Virus record (IMG/VR): IMGVR_UViG_3300020371_000002 | Reading direction: 5' to 3' (one strand) | DNA length: 64,000 nt | Source of the DNA: a virus | Taxonomy: Duplodnaviria; Caudoviricetes | Shown: positions 63,360 through 64,000 of the stretch, piece after piece | Layout of the letters: each line of letters starts with the position of its first letter | Position numbering within the stretch: position 1 is the first letter of the stretch | Program-made: the position numbers and the translations under genes | The notes under the pieces: model-generated | The model's input: only the letters and a program-made list of their open reading frames with translations | The model's database searches: none | Told to the model about the DNA's origin: nothing

Positions 63360-63617
63360 TTACTGTAACATGTCAGCGAGTGCGTTGGAGGCACCTTGTG
63401 ACAGTTCTTCTTTTGTCTTAATTCGTTTCATCTTTCGCATACAAATCTCAAAGGATGATCCAGTGGCAATAAATTCACCATCATGAATACATACCCATTT
63501 CTTATTGCCTGCAAATGGCATTACAACCCAATGCCCATCTGATGAAACATAATCTCTAACAGGTACGGGATCCAGTAGAGTTGAATTGTGGTTGTAGTAT
63601 TTGGTTTTTTTACTCAT
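63360..63617 (-). CDS. Cyanophage hypothetical protein, 85 aa
   Basis: STLLDP...DYVS.DG.W.V.P. Confidence 0.6.
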   Translation of the reverse strand: MSKKTKYYNHNSTLLDPVPVRDYVSSDGHWVVMPFAGNKKWVCIHDGEFIATGSSFEICMRKMKRIKTKEELSQGASNALADMLQ

Positions 63618-64000
63618 CGAGTGATCTCAGAGATTGCTGCCTCCCCTTTGTTGAAGATAACATCTACAACTGCCTGTACTTTACGGGCAGTGCTGATACC
63701 CACATTATCATATGTTGGGATAGTTACAAGTCCATAAGTCTTGGATTCACCACCCAAACGAATAACTCGACCTACAGTTTGTGAGATGCCAACATAATCC
63801 ATGTTACGGAGAAAGATGACTGACTGTAATCCATTGACATTGATACCCTCGGAGAGAATACTGTGGTGAAGTACAACAAACTTCTTAGTTTGATCCTTAC
63901 CCCAGGCATTCAGAGTATTGAAGAACTCCTCACGGGTAACTTTATTGCCATCAATAAGAGCGCCAGTCTTGGAAGTGATAACCAACCAACTGTAACCCTC
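63614..64000 (-). CDS. Superfamily II (DEAD/SNF/ResIII-like) helicase, C-terminal fragment; 5' end outside the window
   Basis: Motif V ILSEGINV and motif VI QTVGRVIR; the frame is open to position 64000. Confidence 0.8.
   Translation of the reverse strand, partial: EGYSWLVITSKTGALIDGNKVTREEFFNTLNAWGKDQTKKFVVLHHSILSEGINVNGLQSVIFLRNMDYVGISQTVGRVIRLGGESKTYGLVTIPTYDNVGISTARKVQAVVDVIFNKGEAAISEITR

Overview
This window is part of a T4-like marine cyanophage genome (Prochlorococcus/Synechococcus myovirus type), with essentially all genes on the minus strand. Reading in the direction of transcription (right to left): (i) 64-50.4 kb is an early accessory array of tiny ORFs, plus a truncated SF2 helicase, a 2OG-Fe(II) oxygenase and an NblA-like candidate. 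It is driven by at least 11 copies of one promoter element: an inverted repeat with a 10-nt spacer, 28-30 nt upstream of a -10 box. (ii) 50.4-16.9 kb is a late baseplate module (GT-A-like protein, gp25, gp6, a giant gp7, a gp9/10-like protein, a 2492-aa repeat protein, gp8, a VrlC/DUF4815-like protein) with T4-type late promoters. (iii) 16.8-6.8 kb is a fibre module. (iv) 6.8 kb to the window edge holds three Cys-rich paralogues, a fibre-chaperone-like gene, and a tightly coupled run of tailoring enzymes: GT9-like glycosyltransferase, NodU/CmcH carbamoyltransferase and a flavin-dependent halogenase that is missing from the ORF track. The most interesting candidate system is this fibre-linked Cys-rich cassette plus tailoring operon. 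All family assignments come from motif recognition by eye; no searches were run.
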